A stretch of DNA of 45,859 nucleotides from NCBI GenBank assembly GCA_016935395.1, contig JAFGQY010000010.1, positions 1-45,859 on the forward strand. Direction: 5' to 3'. Both the position numbers and the translations under genes were made by a program. Shown here piece after piece: positions 26,690-34,165 of this stretch. Below the pieces are notes generated by a model. That model saw nothing but the letters and a program-made list of their open reading frames with translations. It had not been told where the DNA came from and searched no databases. Position 1 is the stretch's first letter; the number at the start of each line of letters is the position of its first letter. The stretch is from Parachlamydiales bacterium. GTDB taxonomy: Bacteria; Chlamydiota; Chlamydiia; Chlamydiales; SM23-39.

Positions 26690-27511
26690 TTAATATAGTT
26701 CTTTTAGAGTCATTATATGCGCTGAAATTCTATGTAAGATCGAAAAAAAATTTTTGTTAAATGTCTTTAATAATTTATCTAATTCAGCATCAAATTTTTT
26801 TCTTTTATCCTTTGATAAACTTGCACCGATAGCTTGAGAAGCTTGAATTCTTCCTTTCCAAGATTCATTAGTAAAAGAGATTGGCTCGTCATAGTAAAAC
26901 ATAGCCTTTAAAGTAAAATATTTTGCATATCCTTCAGGAAAAGGAGGAATATATCCGTCAAAACCATCTCCTTTCCAATCAGGATTGAATTTAACCATTA
27001 ATTTTTCAGTTTCTCTAGCTATTTGATCTTTTTTTGGTAGGTGGTCGAAGTTTCCGATCATAATTAGTCCGTCCGGTTTTAGTACTTTTTTAATTTTGGG
27101 TAATAATGTTATTTTGTTAAAATATGGCCAACTTTGCATTATTATGATTACGTCGAAAAAATTTTCAGGGAAGTCTATATTTTCTGAAGCAATATTTTCG
27201 AATTGTATTTCTAAATTTTCATTTTTAGCCATTTTTTTTGCATAAGCAATTTGATTAGAAGAACTGTCTATGCCGGTAACTATGCAATTTTGTTTTGCAA
27301 AAATACGGGCTAAATTACCTACCCCGCATCCCAAGTCAAGAATTTTTTGTCTGGAAAGACCAATATCAAAAGAGTATAATTTTTTAAAAAAACTAGCCGG
27401 AGGAGGAGGTCTATATAAAAAATATTGTTCTGATGTAAGACTCCAATCGTATTGATTAACTTTGTTTGAAAAAGACATATAAAAAGGAGAATTATCTAAT
27501 TTTTTTATCAC
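26690..27511 (-). CDS. Class I SAM-dependent methyltransferase
   Basis: 273 aa. Motif I is ILDLGCGVGNLARIFA, followed by VTGIDSS and FDVIIIMQS. Confidence 0.75.
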   Translation of the reverse strand: MIKKLDNSPFYMSFSNKVNQYDWSLTSEQYFLYRPPPPASFFKKLYSFDIGLSRQKILDLGCGVGNLARIFAKQNCIVTGIDSSSNQIAYAKKMAKNENLEIQFENIASENIDFPENFFDVIIIMQSWPYFNKITLLPKIKKVLKPDGLIMIGNFDHLPKKDQIARETEKLMVKFNPDWKGDGFDGYIPPFPEGYAKYFTLKAMFYYDEPISFTNESWKGRIQASQAIGASLSKDKRKKFDAELDKLLKTFNKNFFSILHRISAHIMTLKELY

Positions 27512-27523
27512 AATTTTTCCTTA

Positions 27524-28471
27524 TTAAAAAATATATTTTGTTCCTACTGTATTTAATACAAATTTATCAGGTAGGGCATTGGCAATTTTATTTGTTGCTT
27601 TCCAACCTGTACAGTGCATAGGAACTATAATTTCAGGATTTATTTCTATGAATTTTTCAATAGTATTATCTATGGTTTTTTCAGGTAGATTTCCACATAA
27701 GTGAAATCCTCCGATAATCGCAAAAACTTTATCTATTTGAGTTAGTTTTTTTGCATGATAAATAGTGTTTATTATTCCTGCATGAGCACATCCGGAAATT
27801 ATTACTAATCCTTTATCTTTTATGTTGAATACTAATCCTTGGTCATCAAGAATAGGGTCAACCTCAATCTGATTATTATTCATTCTCCAAGTAGTTAATG
27901 ACGCTTTTTCAAATGAAGTACATCTAGGAATTTCACCTGTAGTAAGGGCTAAATTAGAAGAAAAAATATGAGGATCTTTTGTAATTGTTAATTTAGCTTT
28001 TAAATTTACTAATTCATTTTTATTCAAAGGTTGAAATTTGCAATATTTATTTTCTAAGGATTTAAATCCTCTAAGAAAAAAAACATCAGGGTGGAGGATT
28101 ACGTTGGTATTAGGGTTGGTGTTTTTTAAAATTGTTGATAATGAACCATAATGATCCATATGGCCATGACTTAATACAAAGTCATCTATTGTTAAGGGAT
28201 CTATGTTTAATAATTTGATATTATATGGAACACCAATGTCACTATAACCTGCATCTAATAGAATAGTGTGTATTTTTGAACCTTTATAAACTTTGATCAA
28301 TATGGATAAGCCATGCTCAGAAATAAATGTATCAGCTATGTCTTTGTCAGAAAAAATTGGTGGTCGATATACATATTTTTGATTTTCTAAGAATAAATCT
28401 AAATGATTATCAATAACAGAAATAATTTCTAACTTATCTGATGGTATAATTTTAATTCTTTTTTTAATCAT
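27524..28471 (-). CDS. MBL-fold metalloenzyme, COG1237-like
   Basis: 315 aa. SEHGLSILI...ILLDAGYS...VLSHGHMDHYGSL (HxHxDH) plus GCAHAG. The layout resembles the COG1237 / MJ0301-type MBL family. Confidence 0.65.
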   Translation of the reverse strand: MIKKRIKIIPSDKLEIISVIDNHLDLFLENQKYVYRPPIFSDKDIADTFISEHGLSILIKVYKGSKIHTILLDAGYSDIGVPYNIKLLNIDPLTIDDFVLSHGHMDHYGSLSTILKNTNPNTNVILHPDVFFLRGFKSLENKYCKFQPLNKNELVNLKAKLTITKDPHIFSSNLALTTGEIPRCTSFEKASLTTWRMNNNQIEVDPILDDQGLVFNIKDKGLVIISGCAHAGIINTIYHAKKLTQIDKVFAIIGGFHLCGNLPEKTIDNTIEKFIEINPEIIVPMHCTGWKATNKIANALPDKFVLNTVGTKYIF

Positions 28472-29927
28472 AGTTCTCTAATTTTTTTATATCTGTTAAC
28501 ATCCGAAAATAATCATTTCCATCATGATTCAATAAATCTATCTTTAAAGAAGAAGAATTGATTCTTAAATGAATAGCGTTTGTTTTAATTAATTCTTTAT
28601 TGAATAAATTGGAATTATCAATTTGTCCAAAAAAAGTAACTGATAATCTTTTTTGCGATACGCTATTATTTAATAAACTAATTCCATCTTCAATATTTTT
28701 ACATTTTTTTAATACTAAGGAAATTACCGGAAAAGGATTGTTAAAAATGTCTAATAAATCATCATTTGTTTCCATGAGTATTGGAAGAAAAATATTTTCA
28801 TTTGAAATGAATGAATTATTTCTGTCATTTAATATTTTAATTAAACTGCTTTTTTCTAGATCGTTAAATCGATTAGTAGCTGATTGAATTATTGTATTTT
28901 CTGTATACCCAACTAATGTTGTTTCATTCAAAAGATTTCCTGTCTGTTCATTTAATTCATTAAATCTTTCTATTAATCTGTCTTTTATCTCTTTATAACA
29001 TTCTTCAACGATGTAAAGTGATTTGAGTGACATGCATTCATGTGGAAGAGAAATAGAGGATTCTAAAATTAACTCAATGGTTTTATTAACATTAATGTTA
29101 TTACAAACCAATGCTGAACAATTATTATATGGATGACGAATAGCTGTTTTACTGCTGAAAAGATCAATATGTGCAGAACTATCTAAATTCTTATATCGAA
29201 AATTATTATCATCTCCAAATGTCCAAATAATATCACAATTTTCTATTAGATTTTCGTGTTTTTTTATTGAAGAAGGATCTTTCTCATCAAAGCTTATAAT
29301 ATTAACAGCATTTTTTGGATAATTCAAACTATGTAGTTTTTCTAATATTTTATAAATTAGGGGAGAAACAACAGGATTTGTTTTAATTATCAAAGGTATT
29401 CCCAAAAGAATGCTGATAGGTAATATTATTCCAATAGCTCTTATTGAAAAAAATGGTAATACTGCATAAGAAATACCTTTTTTAGGTGTATAATAAGTTT
29501 TATGCTGGGAATTTTTTTCCAAAAAAAAATCATTTTCGTATTCATAATTTTTAAAAATTTCTCTAATTTGATTGGAAAATATTTTTTTTAGATCATTTAT
29601 TTGTTTTTTAATAAAAGTTAAGGGTGTTCCGGAAAGAATTACTAAATGATTTAGCAAATCATCATCGAATAAATCGTCTGAAATCATAGAACTAGCAATG
29701 TTTTTTCTTTCTTCTAAGGTTATTTTCGAAAGATCGTTAGAGGCACTTTTGGCTTTTGAAATCGATATAGCTATATCAAAAGCTCCTGAATTGGCAGATT
29801 CTATTGAATAATTTGAAAAAAAAGAATTTGAATCAAAGTACTTTCCGCTCAAACATACTTTTTCACCATTTATCAAGTTATGAAAAGTTTTTTTTCCCAT
29901 ATTTTTTAACCAATTGAACACATACAA
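28464..29927 (-). CDS. Aldehyde dehydrogenase superfamily / LuxC-like acyl reductase
   Basis: 487 aa. ALDH-like N-terminus LINGEKV, and a candidate catalytic Cys context LPHECMSLKSLYIVEECY (compare GQxCxA..r..V). An alternative start is the ATG at 29900 (MGKKTF). Confidence 0.5.
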   Translation of the reverse strand: MYVFNWLKNMGKKTFHNLINGEKVCLSGKYFDSNSFFSNYSIESANSGAFDIAISISKAKSASNDLSKITLEERKNIASSMISDDLFDDDLLNHLVILSGTPLTFIKKQINDLKKIFSNQIREIFKNYEYENDFFLEKNSQHKTYYTPKKGISYAVLPFFSIRAIGIILPISILLGIPLIIKTNPVVSPLIYKILEKLHSLNYPKNAVNIISFDEKDPSSIKKHENLIENCDIIWTFGDDNNFRYKNLDSSAHIDLFSSKTAIRHPYNNCSALVCNNINVNKTIELILESSISLPHECMSLKSLYIVEECYKEIKDRLIERFNELNEQTGNLLNETTLVGYTENTIIQSATNRFNDLEKSSLIKILNDRNNSFISNENIFLPILMETNDDLLDIFNNPFPVISLVLKKCKNIEDGISLLNNSVSQKRLSVTFFGQIDNSNLFNKELIKTNAIHLRINSSSLKIDLLNHDGNDYFRMLTDIKKLENYD

Positions 29928-31171
29928 CCTGCACTGATCACATCTTCCGGATGATCTATTCGTTGAATATTTGATATTACTTTTGAGTGAATTTTACAGG
30001 GGCATTCACCTTCATCAGCAATAATGGTAGCCTGATCCCCAATTAAATATCGAATGTAAATTGTTCCTTCACGAGCAACAGTGGTATAAGCCAGCATGCC
30101 TGTTTCGCCTTTTTTGCATTTGATCAATTTATCATTTTCATATCTGACAACTTCGATATAGTGTGGCCCTTGTAGAAGATGTATGTTGTTATATTGACAA
30201 ATGTATTTATCGTTTTCGATTAGTGAACTAGTTCCCAATGCCATTGCTTCACATGCTCCATAAGCATTTACAAGTTTTATATTGAAAGCTTTCGCCCAAG
30301 AAATAACTTCGTCTATTAACTTATATCCGCCTAACCATACTATTTTTATATATTTTTCGATTAAGTCTTGCCCTTCATTAATTAGGCTAAATAAATCTAT
30401 ACCCCCACCTTTCCCTTCTTTTTCTTCTTTATTTAAAGGACCTTGAGTTGTCATTAAAATGTTTATTTTATATGTTTTGATCATTTCTATAAGATCTTTT
30501 GCGGTTTCATTTGTTCTTCTTGGGATATAATTTATTCCGCTTAGTTGCAAAGCTTCTTTTAATACTTCTCCGCCTTTATGAGTTGAATTATAAGTGCATA
30601 AAGCTATATCTTTTGGTGTGAAGCCTTCATAGCGAAAAGCCCTTGTAAAAGAATAAGCTTCTCTCATTAAATCGTCTTTTGTGTTAAAAGTAGGAGTTGC
30701 AACGCCTTTGGTTCCTCCAGACTTATATGTATAAGTTGGTTTTTTTATATCGCTTGGTAATAAACAGTATGGATTATGTTTAACCTTATTTCTAAATCCC
30801 TTATTAACAATGGTTGAGTCTTTAACTAAAAAAGGTATTATCTGATGAAAATCTTCTATGTTGTTGATATCATCAAGATTTATATCTTTATAAGCTTCTT
30901 TATAAATGTCCATAGTGTTTTTTGCTCTTTTTAATTGGAATTTTATGAAAGGGAATAGAAGTTTTGTTATTTCTTCTTCAGATAAAGTATCCCATTCATT
31001 TAATCCCCATGCTGCATGCGGAATAGAAAAAGGATTATTGTTTTTGCTTATAATTTTTTCTAAGAAAGAAAATTTTGAGACGGTATTACAACTCATTGCT
31101 TGACCTTTTTTAATTCTATAGACGAATAAGATTTTATATGCTTCGGTTTGTTTTTTTACAAATAATTTCAT
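29906..31171 (-). CDS. Adenylate-forming enzyme, PaaK / coenzyme F390 synthetase / LuxE-like
   Basis: 421 aa. The PaaK-like N-terminal layout (QLKRAKNTMDIYKEAYKDI...IEDFHQIIPFLVKDS) is followed by a degenerate AMP-binding P-loop YKSGGTKGVATPT (compare SSGTTGKPT). Confidence 0.55.
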   Translation of the reverse strand: MKLFVKKQTEAYKILFVYRIKKGQAMSCNTVSKFSFLEKIISKNNNPFSIPHAAWGLNEWDTLSEEEITKLLFPFIKFQLKRAKNTMDIYKEAYKDINLDDINNIEDFHQIIPFLVKDSTIVNKGFRNKVKHNPYCLLPSDIKKPTYTYKSGGTKGVATPTFNTKDDLMREAYSFTRAFRYEGFTPKDIALCTYNSTHKGGEVLKEALQLSGINYIPRRTNETAKDLIEMIKTYKINILMTTQGPLNKEEKEGKGGGIDLFSLINEGQDLIEKYIKIVWLGGYKLIDEVISWAKAFNIKLVNAYGACEAMALGTSSLIENDKYICQYNNIHLLQGPHYIEVVRYENDKLIKCKKGETGMLAYTTVAREGTIYIRYLIGDQATIIADEGECPCKIHSKVISNIQRIDHPEDVISAGCMCSIG

Positions 31172-31224
31172 TAAAAAATTCTGAATTTGAAATATTATGG
31201 TCTTGGGCTTATTTAAGTTTTCCG

Positions 31225-31252
31225 AGAAAAAAAAGCTAATAGAAGCGCTTTT
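31225..31252 (-). terminator. Weak candidate intrinsic terminator between the HTH ORF and the enzyme operon
   Basis: On the minus strand: aaaagc, a 10-nt loop, gctttt, then a T-run. On the plus strand the stem arms are 31231-31236 and 31247-31252, preceded by an A-run. Confidence 0.25.
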
Positions 31253-31253
31253 G

Positions 31254-31490
31254 TTATATATCCGAAAAATTAAGAGTTTTTCTTATGGTTTTTGTACTAA
31301 CATTCAATTTTATAGCGATTTGTTTTTCTGTCATTTTTAAAGCTTTTAATTCCCTAATCTTTCGAGCTAGCTTTTGATAAAGAGGAATATTTTCATTTAA
31401 TGTAATTTTAATCCTTATTGGAATGAGTGACATGGTACGAATTGGTTGCATCCGCGTCCGATTGGCTTTATTTTTAATATAAAAAACCAA
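31254..31490 (-). CDS. Small helix-turn-helix protein (resolvase/transposase-type HTH; possibly a gene remnant)
   Basis: 78 aa, but the likely start is M at 31433 (MSLIPIRI). The HTH is MTEKQIAIKLNVSTKTIRKTL. The 5' end of the ORF overlaps repeat copy C and the upstream ATPase gene. Confidence 0.4.
   Translation of the reverse strand: MVFYIKNKANRTRMQPIRTMSLIPIRIKITLNENIPLYQKLARKIRELKALKMTEKQIAIKLNVSTKTIRKTLNFSDI
31434..31450 (-). repeat. Repeat copy C (perfect inverted copy of A)
   Basis: ggtacgaattggttgca is the reverse complement of 22652-22668. Confidence 0.85.
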
Positions 31491-32709
31491 ATACCCAAAT
31501 TGGTATTTTATTTCCTATGCCTTGTTCTATTTCATCGCAAACAAGATAAGAATTTTTTAAAGATTTTATCTGATTAAATGATTTATTTTTTCCTCCTACT
31601 TCAAAAATATATTTGTTATCTGCTAGAAAATCCCCATTTTTTGGCAATGCAACAGTATATTTTTGAGATATCATGGAAAGAAGAAAAGTTTCTCGAATAG
31701 TTCCTTTGTTCATAAGGCTAAAAGGTGAAATTGCATAAATCTGATTGGTATTATCTAAATAAACTTTTTCGGGAGTTTCTAGTTTGCTAATTTTTTTTGT
31801 TGCCTTCGAAATTGATCGGATTAATCCAGCATCTTCTAAATGTTTAAAGTAAGATTTTAGTGTTCTTTCATCGCCGATATCTAAAATATTCATAATTTTT
31901 TTCCAGTTAGGGGTAAAGGGCACTGTTTCTGCAATAAAACTTAGAAGATTTTTAATTTTTCTAATACTTGAACCCATTAATTGAGGAAAGATAGCTGCAA
32001 TATCGGATTCTATTGTTGTATGCATATTTTGTTCTAAAGTAATCTTGTATAGAGCTTCATTATTTAATTCATTAAAGAAAGGATAATAACCTACCTTAAG
32101 ATATTGATTGAATAAAGGGATTACTTTTAGCTCTTTTTGATTTAATTGTTTATTAATGTTAGAAGTAATACGTTGATGTTGATCGCAAATTTCTTCTAGA
32201 GTAAATGAAGGAAAATTAAAATTATAAGCTAATTCTAAATATTCACGAAAAGATATGCCCTGCATATGATACTTAACTGCTCGTCTTGATAAATCATGAC
32301 TGCCTTTGAAAATCTCTAAAGCTGAACTTCCGGAAGAAAATATGTGTAATTTTGGAAAAGTATCATAAATGCTTTTTAATTCCTTTGACCAGTTTGGATA
32401 TTTATGTATTTCATCAAAAGCTATCCATTTTCCTCCATGAAGATTAAATTGTTCAGCAATTTCATAAAGGGAGGTTGAGCCTACTTGAAAGTGATCTGTT
32501 TGTATATACAAAATTCTTTCATCAAAAATATCTCCTTCAACTTTGTCTAGTAAAATTTGTACTAGTGAGGTAGTTTTACCAACGCCTCTCTGTCCGATAA
32601 TCAGAGACATCCTATTGCTAAAATCAGTAACTCGGGCCAAGGCTCTTTTATAAGGGCTATTTTTAATTTCTAAAAAATGATGACTTAATTTTTTTAATTC
32701 TTCAAGCAT
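31474..32709 (-). CDS. AAA-family ATPase with a C-terminal DUF4143-like region
   Basis: 411 aa. Walker A is IIGQRGVGKTT and Walker B is WIAFDEIH. Length and layout match AAA_14/DUF4143-type ATPases. Confidence 0.65.
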   Translation of the reverse strand: MLEELKKLSHHFLEIKNSPYKRALARVTDFSNRMSLIIGQRGVGKTTSLVQILLDKVEGDIFDERILYIQTDHFQVGSTSLYEIAEQFNLHGGKWIAFDEIHKYPNWSKELKSIYDTFPKLHIFSSGSSALEIFKGSHDLSRRAVKYHMQGISFREYLELAYNFNFPSFTLEEICDQHQRITSNINKQLNQKELKVIPLFNQYLKVGYYPFFNELNNEALYKITLEQNMHTTIESDIAAIFPQLMGSSIRKIKNLLSFIAETVPFTPNWKKIMNILDIGDERTLKSYFKHLEDAGLIRSISKATKKISKLETPEKVYLDNTNQIYAISPFSLMNKGTIRETFLLSMISQKYTVALPKNGDFLADNKYIFEVGGKNKSFNQIKSLKNSYLVCDEIEQGIGNKIPIWVFGFLY

Positions 32710-32962
32710 GATAACGCCTTTGGTTTCGATTTTAATCCTATTTTAACATCAGTTATAATGGAATGCAATACATATTTTAATGTAATTATCATGTAACGTA
32801 ATACATTTTAACAAGAACGTGATTATCAATGGGTTACAATTTTATCCAATTTTAATTTTTATATTTGGGAAAGAAAAAGTGGGAAATGGGTGCAGCTACT
32901 CCATTTAGACTAATTTCAAGAAAAATTATCTTTAAAAGTATAGATTTTGATAGACGTTGGTA

Positions 32963-32994
32963 TGGTCGAGAGGTTCGAATCCCACTTCGTCCGA
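32963..32994 (+). repeat. Degenerate copy of a tRNA 3' end (att-like scar), in direct orientation relative to tRNA-Ser
   Basis: ggtcgagaGGTTCGAATCCCaCtTCgTCCGA compared with the tRNA-Ser 3' end ggtccgggGGTTCGAATCCCtCcTCtTCCGA. No matching 5' acceptor strand lies upstream, so this is not a tRNA gene. Confidence 0.6.
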
Positions 32995-33050
32995 AATGTT
33001 TAATTATTAATGTTTTAAAAATAATAATTGTAAAAAATATTTAAAAATGT

Positions 33051-33081
33051 CACCATTACCTTAAAAATTAAGGTATTGGTG
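33051..33081 (+). promoter_or_regulatory. Imperfect palindrome immediately upstream of abiEi (operator candidate)
   Basis: caccattaccttaa (33051-33064), aaa, ttaaggtattggtg (33068-81). The arms are 14 nt with one mismatch, and the palindrome ends 3 nt before the ATG at 33085. Confidence 0.45.
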
Positions 33082-33084
33082 TAG

Positions 33085-33678
33085 ATGAAAAATAAGTCTC
33101 TATTTGAAATAGCTGATAATCAACAAGGTTTTTTTACTGCTAAGCAAGCTATAAAATGTGGTATTTCTTCTAAAAATCATGCATATTTTGTCAAAACAGG
33201 GAAATGGATTAAAGAAGGAAGAGGGCTATATAGATTATCAAATTACCCTATAGTAGAAAGACCGGATTTGATGAGGTTGTATCTGTGGAGCAGAAATTCT
33301 CATGATATTCCACAAGGAGTATTTTCTCATTCAACGGCTTTAATGATTTATGATTTATCTGATGTTATGCCTGAAAAAATTTATATGACAGTTCCTAAAA
33401 ATTTTAAGCGAAGATCTAAAATTCCTGAAATTTTACAAATTCATAAAAAAAATCTACTAAAAGAAGATATTCGATATTACTTAGATGTTAAAGTAACAAC
33501 CCCAATAAGAACTATAATTGATATTATTGAAGAAAACCTTGTTTCTAAGGAATTAATTTATCAAGCCATACAAGAAGCTTTATCAAGAGGTTTAATTATT
33601 TCTAAGAATAAAATATTGGAACATCCCTATTTGATTGATAATAAACAATTAAAAAAGCAAGTAGAGAAATATTTATGA
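33085..33678 (+). CDS. AbiEi-family antitoxin / transcriptional regulator (type IV toxin-antitoxin)
   Basis: 197 aa. The N-terminal wHTH GFFTAKQAIKCGISSKNHAYFVKTGKWIKEGRGLYRL is typical of the AbiEi_4 domain. It overlaps the downstream gene by 4 bp (ATGA). Confidence 0.7.
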   Translation: MKNKSLFEIADNQQGFFTAKQAIKCGISSKNHAYFVKTGKWIKEGRGLYRLSNYPIVERPDLMRLYLWSRNSHDIPQGVFSHSTALMIYDLSDVMPEKIYMTVPKNFKRRSKIPEILQIHKKNLLKEDIRYYLDVKVTTPIRTIIDIIEENLVSKELIYQAIQEALSRGLIISKNKILEHPYLIDNKQLKKQVEKYL

Positions 33679-34160
33679 GAAAATATAAAAATCATGAAGA
33701 TTTTAGAAAAAGTTTAGAACAAAAACTAAGGAATGTTTCATCTCGGTTAAATCAAGATTTAGAAAGAATAAGAAGAAAGTTTGCTTTTGAAAGATTTTTA
33801 GCAAGATTATTTTCTAGTAAGGTTCATTCTTGGCTATTAAAGGGTGGCTATGCTATGGAATTGCGTTTTGATATTGCGAGAGCTACAAAAGATTTAGATT
33901 TTGCTGTTCATGGGATTTCAAATAATTTAAATAAAATTGAAAACATTATTAATGAAATTATTTCTTTTCCACAAAATGATGGTTTTATGTTTGAAGATTT
34001 AACTGTTAGAGAAATGACACATCCTTTAATGCACCTTTTAGGAAATCTTAAAGGTTCAATTTTAGATCTTAAATTGGTTAATGTTTCAGAATTGTTTGAG
34101 GGAAATCCTGAACCTAATTGGGTTGCTGCTAATTTAGTAGAGCTAAAAAGAGCTTATTAG
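33675..34160 (+). CDS. AbiEii/AbiGii-family nucleotidyltransferase toxin, apparently C-terminally truncated
   Basis: 161 aa. FAFERFLARL...WLLKGGYAMELRF..ARATKDLDFAV matches the AbiEii N-terminal NTase motif. As I recall, family members usually run to about 250-300 aa. Confidence 0.6.
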   Translation: MRKYKNHEDFRKSLEQKLRNVSSRLNQDLERIRRKFAFERFLARLFSSKVHSWLLKGGYAMELRFDIARATKDLDFAVHGISNNLNKIENIINEIISFPQNDGFMFEDLTVREMTHPLMHLLGNLKGSILDLKLVNVSELFEGNPEPNWVAANLVELKRAY

Positions 34161-34165
34161 AATAT

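Noticed and set aside
32963-32994. A third tRNA gene.
   Set aside because: Only the T-arm and the 3' acceptor strand are recognisable. The T-stem does not pair, and no complementary 5' acceptor strand exists within 90 nt upstream. It is treated as an att-like fragment.
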